42,647 nucleotides of DNA from Vicinamibacteria bacterium (GCA_039812725.1 JBDIBD010000002.1:1-42647), one strand, 5' to 3'. Counted from the first letter of the stretch, positions 1 through 8,130 are shown. Translations and numbers: made by a program. The notes: generated by a model from the letters alone, not told the origin.

Positions 1-22
1 CCCCGCCCTGCGGCAGGCGGCG

Positions 23-1486
23 GTGGTGACCGACGGCGACGGGCAGCCGGCCCAGCGCGCGGGCCTGGCCTGGTGGCTGGCCGTGCCGCTGACGGGCGCG
101 GGCGGGCTGGTGGCGGCGCTGCTCTACGGCGGCCGCCTGCTCAACTACGACGAGGCCCTGGTGGACCAGCTGCGCGACGCGGTCTTCAGCCAGGGGGAAG
201 CGGTCGGGCAGCGCGGCGGCACGGTCACGCTCTTCGGCGGCGACGTGCGCGTGGCCACCAACGTGCCCGGCCCCCAGGGCGCGCGGGCCGTGGGCACGCG
301 CGTCTCCGAGGCCGTGCGCCAGGCCGTGCTGGAGCAGGGCCAGCGCTACGTGGGCGAGGCCCTGGTGGTGGACCGCTGGTACCTGAGCGCCTACAGCCCG
401 CTGCGCGACCCCTCGGGCCGCGTGGTGGGCATGCTGTACGTGGGCATCCCGCGCGCGCCCTACGACGAGCAGCGCCGGCAGATGGTGGCGCGCTTCCTCC
501 TGCCCGTCGGCCTGGTGGCCGTGCTGGCGGTGGGCGCGGCGCTCGTGATCGTCAACCGCATCACGCGCCCGCTCGGGGCCCTGCGCGACTCGGCCGCGGC
601 CCTGGCCCAGGGCGACTGGGACCACTCCCTCGACCTGCCGCGCAGCTACGCCGAGCTCGAGAGCCTGGCCCACTCGTACTCCGACATGCGCCAGGCCATC
701 AGGCGGCGCGACCAGGAGCTGCGGGCCCGCAACGAGGAGCTGACCGCCGCCAACCAGCAGCTCGAGCTGTCCAACCGCAACTACATGCAGACCCTGGCCT
801 TCGTGACCCACGAGCTGAAGGCCCCGCTGGCCGCCATGCAGACCCTGATCGGCACGCTCCTCGACGGCTACCTGGGCACGCTGCCCGAGAAGGTGGGCGG
901 CCTGCTGGTGCGCATCCAGCGCAACTGCGAGGAGCTGCAGGACATGGTGCGCGACTACCTCGACCTCTCGCGCCTCGAGCGCGGGGAGCTGGTGGCCACG
1001 AAGGCGCCGATCGACCTGGCCACCGAGGTCGTGGCCGTGTCCGTCGACCACACCGCGGTCTTCTTCCGCTCCCGCCGCATCGAGCTGACGATCGCCTGCC
1101 CGGAGAGCCTGCCGGTGGTGGCCGACCCGGGGCTGCTGCGCATCGCGCTCGACAACTTCCTCACCAACGCCGCCAAGTACGGGCGCGAGGACGGCCAGGC
1201 CCGGCTGAGCGTGCGGCAGGAGGACGGCTGGGTGACGCTCGGGCTGTGGAACGAGGGGCCGGGCTTCCCGCCGGAGGCGGCCGAGAAGCTGTTCGACAAG
1301 TTCTACCGCGTGCGCGACGCCAGCACCCACGCCAAGCGCGGCAGCGGCATCGGCCTCTTCACCGTGCGCACCATCGCCGAGCTGCACGGCGGCCGGGCCT
1401 GGGCCGAGTCGGAGCCCGGGGCCTGGGCCGCCTTCCACCTGCGCTTCCCGGCGCGGCCCCCGGCGGAGGCCGCGCCCGGGGCCTGA
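23..1486 (+). CDS. Sensor histidine kinase (extracytoplasmic Cache-like sensor, TM, HAMP, HisKA, HATPase_c). The frame is open to the window edge, so the true start may lie upstream.
   Basis: Translation shows a Cache-like block 'GEALVVDRWYLSAYSPLRDPSGRVVGMLYVGIP', TM 'FLLPVGLVAVLAVGAALVIV', HAMP 'NRITRPLGALRDSAAALAQGDWD', H-box 'FVTHELKAPLAAM', N-box 'LTNAAKYG' and G-boxes 'GSGIGLFTVRTIAELHGG'. There is no in-frame stop between nt 2 and 23. Confidence 0.85.
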   Translation: MVTDGDGQPAQRAGLAWWLAVPLTGAGGLVAALLYGGRLLNYDEALVDQLRDAVFSQGEAVGQRGGTVTLFGGDVRVATNVPGPQGARAVGTRVSEAVRQAVLEQGQRYVGEALVVDRWYLSAYSPLRDPSGRVVGMLYVGIPRAPYDEQRRQMVARFLLPVGLVAVLAVGAALVIVNRITRPLGALRDSAAALAQGDWDHSLDLPRSYAELESLAHSYSDMRQAIRRRDQELRARNEELTAANQQLELSNRNYMQTLAFVTHELKAPLAAMQTLIGTLLDGYLGTLPEKVGGLLVRIQRNCEELQDMVRDYLDLSRLERGELVATKAPIDLATEVVAVSVDHTAVFFRSRRIELTIACPESLPVVADPGLLRIALDNFLTNAAKYGREDGQARLSVRQEDGWVTLGLWNEGPGFPPEAAEKLFDKFYRVRDASTHAKRGSGIGLFTVRTIAELHGGRAWAESEPGAWAAFHLRFPARPPAEAAPGA

Positions 1487-1529
1487 CCCATCGACCGGCC
1501 CTCGCTGAGGCGCCGATGCGCGAGTCGGC

Positions 1530-1931
1530 TCAGCGCCCCGTGATCAGGTCCCAGAACCCACGCGGATCAAGAATCCGAAGGGATTCGACTCGGTCCAGGA
1601 CGAGGAGGTCCTTGTCACCTGTCACGAGCACCTCCGCGCGGCTCTGGATGGCCCCGGCCAGGATCGGCAGGTCGTTGGCGTCCCGAACGTCGATCGCCGG
1701 GATGGGCGTCTCTGCCGCCACCACGGCGTGCTGCCGCACGAAGGCGACGACGTCGCGGGCCTGAGCCTTGGGCGTGCCGATCTTCTCCTCGAGGACTCGA
1801 CTCAGCTCCGCCAGGACGGTCTCACCGACGAACAGCTCGTGCTCCGCCAGGACCGTGCGCAGGACGTCGGCACAGAGTCCGCGCGTGGCGAAGGCCGCCA
1901 CCAGCACGCTCGTGTCGAGGAAGACCCTCAA
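1530..1931 (-). CDS. vapC: PIN-domain toxin (VapC-like)
   Basis: 'VFLDTSVLVAAF...', '...LVTGDKDLL' are typical PIN acidic motifs. A TTG start at 1931 overlaps the TGA of the upstream antitoxin (TTGA). The rest of ORF 1530..2426 is Arg/Gly-rich read-through. Confidence 0.8.
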   Translation of the reverse strand: MRVFLDTSVLVAAFATRGLCADVLRTVLAEHELFVGETVLAELSRVLEEKIGTPKAQARDVVAFVRQHAVVAAETPIPAIDVRDANDLPILAGAIQSRAEVLVTGDKDLLVLDRVESLRILDPRGFWDLITGR

Positions 1932-2146
1932 GACAGCGCCTTGAAGACGTCCTCGTCCGTGAGCAGGCCCTGCGCCTCGGCGAAGGGCGCCACCCGCCGC
2001 CGCAACTGCTCGAAGAGCTCGAGGCTGAGCTGGCGCCGCAGCGCCTCTCGGGTGATCTCGCTGCGCGTGCGGCCCGACAGCTTGACCACCCTCTTCAGCA
2101 GACGCTCGGTCTCTGCGTCCACCCGGATCGTGATCGTTCCCGCCAT
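1928..2146 (-). CDS. vapB: Ribbon-helix-helix (CopG/RHH-type) antitoxin
   Basis: 'MAGTITIRVDAETERLLKRVVKLSGRTRSEITREALRRQL' is a classic RHH beta-strand plus two helices. It is 72 aa from the ATG at 2146 and 4-nt coupled to the PIN gene. Confidence 0.75.
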   Translation of the reverse strand: MAGTITIRVDAETERLLKRVVKLSGRTRSEITREALRRQLSLELFEQLRRRVAPFAEAQGLLTDEDVFKALS

Positions 2147-2182
2147 GTAAGACACTGTAGTACAGGCTGATCTGCCTGACAA
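2144..2182 (-). promoter_or_regulatory. Candidate sigma70-type promoter (TTGTCA-17-TACAGT) ending 7 nt before the antitoxin ATG (leaderless), with operator-like palindrome CTGTA-N-TACAG over the -10
   Basis: Minus strand reads TTGTCAggcagatcagcctgtacTACAGTgtcttacATG. There is no SD. The inverted repeat lies at 2155..2165. Confidence 0.45.
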
Positions 2183-2251
2183 GGGATGGACCACCGCTGT
2201 GGCCCGACACAGGACGACGGCCCCGCGACCGCATCCGCCCTGCCAGGAGAC

Positions 2252-2359
2252 CGTCGTCCTGAGCGACGCCGTCCAGCTGGGGAGCGAAGGACCCGCCGCG
2301 TCGCAAGGCCCGAGAGATCCTTCGTCGCCGACTCGGACGGCGGCGCCTCAGGATGACGG
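2252..2359. repeat. Palindromic MITE/REP-like intergenic element, copy A (full, two roughly 45-nt imperfect inverted arms)
   Basis: Arm 'CGTCGTCCTGAGCGACGCCGTCCAGCTGGGGAGCGAAGGA' pairs with '...TCCTTCGTCGCCGACTCGGACGGCGGCGCCTCAGGATGACG'. The reverse complement aligns along its length with 35692..35800 (roughly 80% by eye). Confidence 0.8.
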
Positions 2360-2448
2360 CAGCGTCCTTGGCCTCGCCGACCGCACCGTTGCTGTCCGAA
2401 CTCAGGAGTGAGCGGGTCGGCGCCACCGCCCTCCGGCCGGCGCGGCCG

Positions 2449-2826
2449 TCAGCGGCCCAGCCGGGCCTTGATCACGCGCAGCAGCGAGGGGCGGTCGATG
2501 GGCTTCTGGAAGATCCCCGACAGCCCCAGGGCCACGTGGTCGGCCGAGAGGCTCATGCTCTCGCCCACCGAGCTCAGCATGTAGATCGGGGCCGTGTTGC
2601 CCAGCAGGCGCAGCTCCTTGACGAAGGCCGTGCCCGAGTCGACCTCCTCCATCATCAGGTCCACGATCACGAAGTCGGGACGGCGCGCCTGGTAGACCCG
2701 CAGCCCTTCCTCGGCCGAGGCCGCCGCCGCCATCTCGTAGCCCCCCGACTCGAGCACGATGCGCATGGCCTCGATGTAGTCCGGATCGTCGTCCACGTAC
2801 AGGATGAGCGGCTTACGGTCGGACAT
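2449..2826 (-). CDS. Single-domain response regulator (CheY-like receiver)
   Basis: 'LILYVDDDPDYIEAM...PDFVIVDLMMEEVDSG...IYMLSS...' shows the receiver DD/D/S(T)/K pattern. SD GGAGG lies 8 nt upstream of the ATG at 2826. The gene overlaps the hoxW 3' end by 14 nt. Confidence 0.85.
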   Translation of the reverse strand: MSDRKPLILYVDDDPDYIEAMRIVLESGGYEMAAAASAEEGLRVYQARRPDFVIVDLMMEEVDSGTAFVKELRLLGNTAPIYMLSSVGESMSLSADHVALGLSGIFQKPIDRPSLLRVIKARLGR

Positions 2827-3313
2827 GCGCTTCACCTCCGGGTCCCGCCTGGGCCTCCGCGGCCAGGCGGCCGTCGCACAGCAGCCGGCAGACGTGGTCG
2901 GCCGCCGCCGCCAGGTTGCGGCGGGCGCCGGGCGACAGACGCTCGCCGTAGTCGTCGAACTCGTAGCCGCGCAGGCCCAGCACGAAGGCCTGCGCGGGGC
3001 CGCCGAAGTGCTCGCGGGCCAGGGCCAGCACCGCCCCGGGCGCGAGCGAGTGGGTGCTGAACTCGGGCCGGCCGCGCGGCTCGAGCGGCCGCAGCTCGAA
3101 GGGCTCCGGGCCCGCCGCGGCGGCGTCGGCGAAGATCACCAGCTCGTGCCCCCCCACCAGGGCCGCGTCCTCGACCTGCAGCTGGTAGGCGGTCTCCAGG
3201 TCGGCCTCGGCCCCCAGGCCGCGCGCCGCCAGCTCGCGCACCAGGGCGGGCCCCAGGCCGTCGTCGAGGCGGCCCGGGTTGCCGTAGCCGTAGACCAGCG
3301 CGCGTGCGGTCAT
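2813..3313 (-). CDS. hoxW: [NiFe] hydrogenase maturation endopeptidase (HoxW/HycI family)
   Basis: 'ALVYGYGNPGRLDDGLGPALVRELA...VIFADA...STHSLAPGAVLALA' fits the hydrogenase maturation protease family. Its ATG overlaps the hoxH TGA (ATGA). Confidence 0.8.
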   Translation of the reverse strand: MTARALVYGYGNPGRLDDGLGPALVRELAARGLGAEADLETAYQLQVEDAALVGGHELVIFADAAAAGPEPFELRPLEPRGRPEFSTHSLAPGAVLALAREHFGGPAQAFVLGLRGYEFDDYGERLSPGARRNLAAAADHVCRLLCDGRLAAEAQAGPGGEAHVRP

Positions 3314-4746
3314 GCCCGCTCCCTGCGGTGGACCACGGTCCCGCCGGCGTCCACCAGCTCGGCCACCAGCGGCATCTTCCCCAGCGCGTGGGTGGCGCAC
3401 GACAGGCACGGGTCGTAGGCCCGGATGGCGACCTCGATGTGGTTGAGCAGCCCCTCGGTGATCTCCTGGCCGTCCAGGAACTGGCGCGCCACGCCCTCGA
3501 CGGCGCGGTTCATGGGCTCGTTGTTGCTGGTGGTCGAGACGATCAGGTTGGCCATCGTGACCTGGTCGTTCTGGTCCACGCGGTAGTGGTGGAAGAGCGT
3601 GCCGCGCGGGGCCTCGACGATGGCCACGGCCTCGCCCCGGCGCTGGCCCTTGACCACCAGCTCGGTGCCCTGCAGGTCGCCGTCGTGCAGCAGCTGGTCG
3701 ATCTTCTCGATCGAGTGCAGCAGCTCGATCATGCGCGCCCAGTGGTAGGCCATGGTCACGGCGCTGGGCTTGCCGCCCGAGAGCTTCTTGAACTCCTGGC
3801 GCTCGGTCTCGGCCAGCGGCGTGTCGATGAAGTCGCAGGCGCTGACGCGCGAGAGGGGTCCCACGCGGTACCAGCCCCGATCCGGGCCCAGCGAGCGGAT
3901 GAAGGGGAACTTCATGTACGACCAGGGCCGCACGTCCTCCGCGATGTAGTCGAGGTAGCGCTGGGGGTCGACGTGGTCGAAGATCACGCGCCCCTCGGCG
4001 TCGACCGCGCGCAGCTCGCCGTCGTAGAGGTCCATGGCCCCGTCCTTGCGCACCAGCGTGACGTGGTTGGAGGGGAAGGAGCCGAAGCCTCCCAGCAGCT
4101 CGAGGTGGGCCAGGGTGTACTCGCGCGCGATCTTGACCGCCGCCAGGGCCCACTCGCGCATCTGCGGCAGGTCCGCGAGCAGCGCGTCGCGCTCGGCCAG
4201 GCTGAGGTTCTTGTTGATGCCGCCGGGGATGGCGCCGGTGCCGTGCACCTTCTTGCCGGCCGTGGCCTTGATGATCTCCTGGCCGTACTTGCGCATCAGG
4301 ATGCCCTGCTTGGCCAGCTCGGGGTGCTTCGCGGCCACGCCCAGCACGTGGCGCTGGCCGACGTCGGAGCCGAAGCCGAACAGCAGGTCGGGCGAGGCCA
4401 GGTGGAAGAAGTGCAGGGCGTGGGACTGGAAGAACTGCCCGTAGTGCATCAGGCGGCGCATCTTCTCGGCCGTGGGGGTGAGCTGCTCGCCGCCCACGAT
4501 GCGGTCGACGGCCTTGGCCGCGCACAGGTGGTGGCTGACCGGGCAGATGCCGCACAGCCGCTGCACCGCCACGGGCAGCTCCCAGAAGGGCCGGCCCTGG
4601 ATGAAGCGCTCGAAGCCGCGGAACTCGACGATGTGCAGCCGGGCCTGGGAGACGCGCCCCTGCTCGTCGAGCAGGATGGTGACCTTGCCGTGGCCCTCCA
4701 CGCGGGTCACGGGCTCGATGACGATGCGCCTGGCTTCAGTGGCCAT
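3310..4746 (-). CDS. hoxH: [NiFe] hydrogenase large subunit, NAD(P)-linked bidirectional/soluble type (group 3d-like)
   Basis: N-terminal 'IEPVTRVEGHGKVTI', L1 'RLCGICPVSHHL' and C-terminal L2 'DPCLSCATH' followed by a roughly 25-aa cleavable tail. It sits with NuoF/NuoG-like diaphorase genes. Confidence 0.9.
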   Translation of the reverse strand: MATEARRIVIEPVTRVEGHGKVTILLDEQGRVSQARLHIVEFRGFERFIQGRPFWELPVAVQRLCGICPVSHHLCAAKAVDRIVGGEQLTPTAEKMRRLMHYGQFFQSHALHFFHLASPDLLFGFGSDVGQRHVLGVAAKHPELAKQGILMRKYGQEIIKATAGKKVHGTGAIPGGINKNLSLAERDALLADLPQMREWALAAVKIAREYTLAHLELLGGFGSFPSNHVTLVRKDGAMDLYDGELRAVDAEGRVIFDHVDPQRYLDYIAEDVRPWSYMKFPFIRSLGPDRGWYRVGPLSRVSACDFIDTPLAETERQEFKKLSGGKPSAVTMAYHWARMIELLHSIEKIDQLLHDGDLQGTELVVKGQRRGEAVAIVEAPRGTLFHHYRVDQNDQVTMANLIVSTTSNNEPMNRAVEGVARQFLDGQEITEGLLNHIEVAIRAYDPCLSCATHALGKMPLVAELVDAGGTVVHRRERA

Positions 4747-4754
4747 CTTCTACC

Positions 4755-5300
4755 TCAGTCGTACTTGATCAGCTCGTAGGGCAGCTCGACGGTGCGGCCG
4801 CCCAGGAGCGCGTTGAGGGCCGCCCAGAGCGTGTCCGCGCTGGGCGGGCAGCCGGGCAGGTGGTAGTCGATCTTGACCACCTCGTGGGCCGGGTAGACCT
4901 TGTCGAGCAGCAGCGGGATCTCGGGGTCGTCGGGGATGCGCCCCTCGGGGTTGTGCACCGAGGGACCCTTCAGGTAGGCCTCCTCCAGGCACTCCCGCAG
5001 CGGCACCATGTTGCGCAGGGCCGGGATGCCGCCGCAGGTGGCGCAGTCGCCGACCGAGACCAGCACGTCGCAGTTGCGCCGGAAGCTGCGCAGCACGTGC
5101 ACGTTCTCGGCGTTGGCGCAGCCGCCCTCGATCAGGCCCACCGTGCAGCGCTGCGTGAAGTCCTTGTGGTCGTTGATCGGGGACTTGTCGAACTCCACGA
5201 TCTCGGCCAGCTGCAGGATGCGCTCGTCGATGTCGAGCAGGGACATGTGGCAGCCGAAGCAGCCGCACAGCGAGGTGGTGGCGACGCGGGGCTTGCTCAT
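4755..5300 (-). CDS. hoxY: [NiFe] hydrogenase small subunit (HoxY-type, no Tat signal)
   Basis: 'ATTSLCGCFGCHMSLLD...GGCANAE...SVGDCATCGGIP...LPGCPP' shows proximal-cluster Cys motifs in a short cytoplasmic small subunit. Its ATG overlaps the hoxU TGA. Confidence 0.85.
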   Translation of the reverse strand: MSKPRVATTSLCGCFGCHMSLLDIDERILQLAEIVEFDKSPINDHKDFTQRCTVGLIEGGCANAENVHVLRSFRRNCDVLVSVGDCATCGGIPALRNMVPLRECLEEAYLKGPSVHNPEGRIPDDPEIPLLLDKVYPAHEVVKIDYHLPGCPPSADTLWAALNALLGGRTVELPYELIKYD

Positions 5301-6010
5301 GGCCGTTCCTCCTTGGCCGCCGCCGGCGAGCCGATCGGGTCGTGGTCGTACAGGCGCCGCCCCACGGGCACGGCGAAGCCCACGCGCTTGCGCAGCAGGG
5401 CCCCCACGGGGCAGGCGTCCAGGGCCTGGTCGGTGACGTCGGCGCTGGTGTCGCGCAGCCGGGCCCCCGAGCTGACCGCGATGCGCTTGCCCGGCCCGCG
5501 CCCCACGAAGCCGAAGACGGCCTTCTTGTCGAGGTCGCGCGAGGTGCGCACGCAGCGGCCGCACAGCACGCAGCGGTGGTGGTCGATCAGGATGTCGGGG
5601 TGCGAGGCGTCCACGTCGCGGCGCGGGAACTGCTGCTCGAAGCGCGGGGCCGCGATGCCGAAGCGGTAGCCCAGGGCCTGCAGCTCGCAGTTGCCGCTCT
5701 TCTCGCACGACATGCAGAAGTGGTTGCCCTCGACGAACAGCATCTCGAGCAGCACCCGGCGGTGCTCCTGCAGCTCGGCCGTGTCGTTCTCGACCACCAT
5801 TTCGGGGCTGACCGGGAAGGTGCAGGCCGAGACCGTGCGGCCGTTGGCCTTGACGGTGCACACCCGGCAGCCGCCGAAGGGCTCGAGCCCCGGCTTGTGG
5901 CACAGCCGCGGGATGTAGACCCCCGCGGCGTCGGCGGCCTCGATGATGGTCTGGCCCGGGCGGGCCTCGACCTCCCGGCCGTCCAGCGTGATCTTCAGGG
6001 TGTCGCTCAT
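5297..6010 (-). CDS. hoxU: Diaphorase Fe-S subunit (NuoG N-terminal-like, 2Fe-2S + 4Fe-4S)
   Basis: 'ITLDGREVEARPGQTIIEAA...PRLCH...GGCRVCTV' (2Fe-2S ferredoxin), 'HFCMSCEKSGNCELQ' and 'RCVLCGRCVRTS' are present. Its ATG overlaps the hoxF TGA. Confidence 0.85.
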   Translation of the reverse strand: MSDTLKITLDGREVEARPGQTIIEAADAAGVYIPRLCHKPGLEPFGGCRVCTVKANGRTVSACTFPVSPEMVVENDTAELQEHRRVLLEMLFVEGNHFCMSCEKSGNCELQALGYRFGIAAPRFEQQFPRRDVDASHPDILIDHHRCVLCGRCVRTSRDLDKKAVFGFVGRGPGKRIAVSSGARLRDTSADVTDQALDACPVGALLRKRVGFAVPVGRRLYDHDPIGSPAAAKEERP

Positions 6011-7812
6011 CGGGGGCCTCCCGCGCGAATCAGGGTCGCCTCGGCCGTGGCGCCCTCCAGGTCGAAGGACCGGCGGTACTTGAGGGGGTGCTCGCGCACC
6101 AGCGAGTCGTACAGGGGCCGGAAGCTCTGCAGCGAGGTCAGCACCGGGTTGGACGAGGTCTGGCCCAGGCCGCAGCGGCTGGCCAGCTTCATGGTCCGGC
6201 CGATGGCCTCGAACTGCTTGAGGTCGGAAGGCTCGCCGCGGCCGGACAGCACGCGCTCGAGGCCGCGCCGCAGCAGCACGTTGCCGACCCGGCAAGGGGT
6301 GCAGTAGCCGCAGCTCTCGTCCTCGAAGAACTCCATGTACATGTGGGCGATCTCGACCGGGTTGCGGCCGGGGCCGAAGACCGCCAGGGCGCCGCCGGTG
6401 GCCAGGTCGTCGTAGCAGAGGATCCGGTCGAAGTCGGCCGGACCGAGCATGCGGCCGCTGGGGCCGCCCAGTTGCACGGCCGCGGCGTCGCGCCCCTCGG
6501 CCAGCGCCAGGATGTCGCGCAGCCGCGTGCCGAAGGGGACCTCGTAGACGCCGGCGCGGCCCACGTCGCCCGCGATGCTGAGCAGCTTGCTGCCGGCGCT
6601 CTGCTTCGAGCCGACCTCCGAGAAGGCCCCCGGGCCGGCGTCGAGGATGCGCGTCACGCAGGCCAGGGTCTCGACGTTGTTGACCACCGTCGGGCAGCCC
6701 AGGTAGCCGCGCTGCACGGGGAAGGGCGGCCGGTTGCGCGGGTCGCCGCGCTGTCCCTCGCAGGAGCTGATCAGCGACGACTCCTCTCCGCAGACGTAGG
6801 CCCCCGCGCCCATCTGGATGCGGATGTCGAAGTCGAAGGCCTGGCGCGCGGCGATGCGCCGGCCCAGCAGGCCGTCGGCCCGGCGGCGGGCCAGCACGTC
6901 CTCCAGGAAGCGCCGCAGGTAGGCGTACTCGCCGCGCAGGTAGAGGATCCCCTCGCGGGCCCCGATGGCGTAGCCGGCGATGGTCATGCCGGCGAAGACC
7001 CGGTCGGGCAGCTCGGTCAGCAGCACGCGGTCCTTGAAGGTCCCGGGCTCGCCCTCGTCGGCGTTGCAGACCACGAACTTGCGCTCGCCCGCGGCGCCGC
7101 GGGCCATCTCCCACTTGATGCCGGTCGGGAAGCCGGCCCCGCCCCGGCCGCGCAGGCGCGCGGTCTTGACCGAGCGGATGACCTCGGTCGGGCTCAGCCC
7201 GGCCGTCTTGTGGATGGCCTCGCCGCGGTGCGGCTCGGAGAGCACGATCGGGCCCGCCTGGCGGACGTGGTTGCGCACCATCGCGCGCACCAGCGGGTGG
7301 GCGTTGTTGCCGTCGCCCAGCTTCTTCACCAGGCGCTCCGGGGTCATGTGCTGTCGCAGCTCGGCCACCACCTCGCGGGCCCGGTCGCTCGACAGGTCGG
7401 TCACCACCACGTCGTTCACGAGCGCGGCCGGGGCCTGGTCGCTCATGCCGATGCAGGCGGTGCGCTGCAGGCCGATGGCGCCGTCGGGGGTGGTGCCACC
7501 CATCGGCACGCCCAGCTCCTCCGAGAAGGCCCGCGCCACGCGCTCGTAGCCCGAGAGCCGGTCGACCACGTCGTCGCACAGCCGGATGACGACCTTGCCG
7601 CGCGGCGACTCGGAGAAGAAGGAGTAGAAGGACACCAGGCTCTGCACGGTGAGCCGCGGCACGGCGAGCTGGCGGTGGATGGCGTCGATGGCCTCGGGGC
7701 TGACGCAGCCGAGGCGCGACTGCACCTCGCGGGCCACGTCCATGAGCCGGGTCGAGTCGTATCCGACCGCCCGGCAGGCCTCGCTGACGACGCTGTCGAC
7801 TGACGTGGTCAT
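6007..7812 (-). CDS. hoxF: Diaphorase NAD(H)/FMN-binding subunit (NuoF-like with N-terminal NuoE-like domain)
   Basis: 'GRGGAGFPTGIKW' (FMN/NADH site), 'CNADEGEPGTFKDR' and 'ESCGYCTPCRVG' (N3-type 4Fe-4S) are present. GAGG lies 6 nt upstream of the ATG at 7812. A GTG at 7836 is an alternative start. Confidence 0.88.
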   Translation of the reverse strand: MTTSVDSVVSEACRAVGYDSTRLMDVAREVQSRLGCVSPEAIDAIHRQLAVPRLTVQSLVSFYSFFSESPRGKVVIRLCDDVVDRLSGYERVARAFSEELGVPMGGTTPDGAIGLQRTACIGMSDQAPAALVNDVVVTDLSSDRAREVVAELRQHMTPERLVKKLGDGNNAHPLVRAMVRNHVRQAGPIVLSEPHRGEAIHKTAGLSPTEVIRSVKTARLRGRGGAGFPTGIKWEMARGAAGERKFVVCNADEGEPGTFKDRVLLTELPDRVFAGMTIAGYAIGAREGILYLRGEYAYLRRFLEDVLARRRADGLLGRRIAARQAFDFDIRIQMGAGAYVCGEESSLISSCEGQRGDPRNRPPFPVQRGYLGCPTVVNNVETLACVTRILDAGPGAFSEVGSKQSAGSKLLSIAGDVGRAGVYEVPFGTRLRDILALAEGRDAAAVQLGGPSGRMLGPADFDRILCYDDLATGGALAVFGPGRNPVEIAHMYMEFFEDESCGYCTPCRVGNVLLRRGLERVLSGRGEPSDLKQFEAIGRTMKLASRCGLGQTSSNPVLTSLQSFRPLYDSLVREHPLKYRRSFDLEGATAEATLIRAGGPR

Positions 7813-8071
7813 GAGCGACCTCGGGAGGCGGAGCACACCCGCGCAAGGGCACGGCGGCTCCGCAAGGATTGCATCGGTGCGCCGCCGGCCGCGTGAAGAG
7901 CCGCAGGATGCGCGGCGTCACGGCTGCCCGCGAAGCGGGCGAGGCGGCGCGAGCTGGGTTGGATGTCCATGTCCATCAGCGCCTTCGGCGCCGTGGGCTG
8001 GATCGCGTCGCAGGTTGCGGCGGCGCGGCGCGCCAGCCCTCCCCCAGCCGGGGGGATCTGCTCGAAGTGAG

Positions 8072-8087
8072 TGCAATCCGCACGCCA
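8072..8087 (-). promoter_or_regulatory. Candidate sigma54 (-24/-12) promoter facing the hox operon
   Basis: Minus strand reads TGGCGTGCGGATTGCA versus consensus TGGCACG-N4-TTGCW. The GG and GC are correctly spaced. It sits in the 318-bp intergenic region about 250 nt upstream of hoxF. Confidence 0.3.
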
Positions 8088-8130
8088 ACTCCTGCGCCGC
8101 CCGGGGCCACGGGGCGTAGCATGCTCAAGG

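Noticed and set aside
1566-1581. Palindrome GAATCCGAAGGGATTC near the 3' end of vapC-1.
   Set aside because: It lies inside well-supported coding sequence ('ESLRILDPRGF'), and there is no second copy or positional logic.
1932-2426. N-terminal 165-aa extension of the PIN ORF 1530..2426. Analogous long 5' extensions occur on hoxW, hoxY, hoxU, the P-type ATPase, SDR, vapB-3, MmcQ and the small arrestin-like ORF.
   Set aside because: The extensions overlap well-supported upstream genes in another frame, are low-complexity, and end where an internal start codon forms a 1- or 4-nt stop/start overlap or has a good SD.
3310-7812. Missing hoxE, hoxI and hyp genes as evidence of a degraded hydrogenase locus.
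   Set aside because: All five genes are intact with complete metal-binding motifs and tight coupling. HoxF carries its own NuoE-like domain. Accessory genes may simply lie elsewhere in the genome.
7941-7993. Direct repeat ATGTCCATGTCCAT and small hairpin GCGCC-ttc-GGCGC in the hox leader, considered as a possible riboswitch or sRNA.
   Set aside because: These elements are short and isolated, with no recognisable riboswitch consensus. The evidence is insufficient without expression or covariation data.
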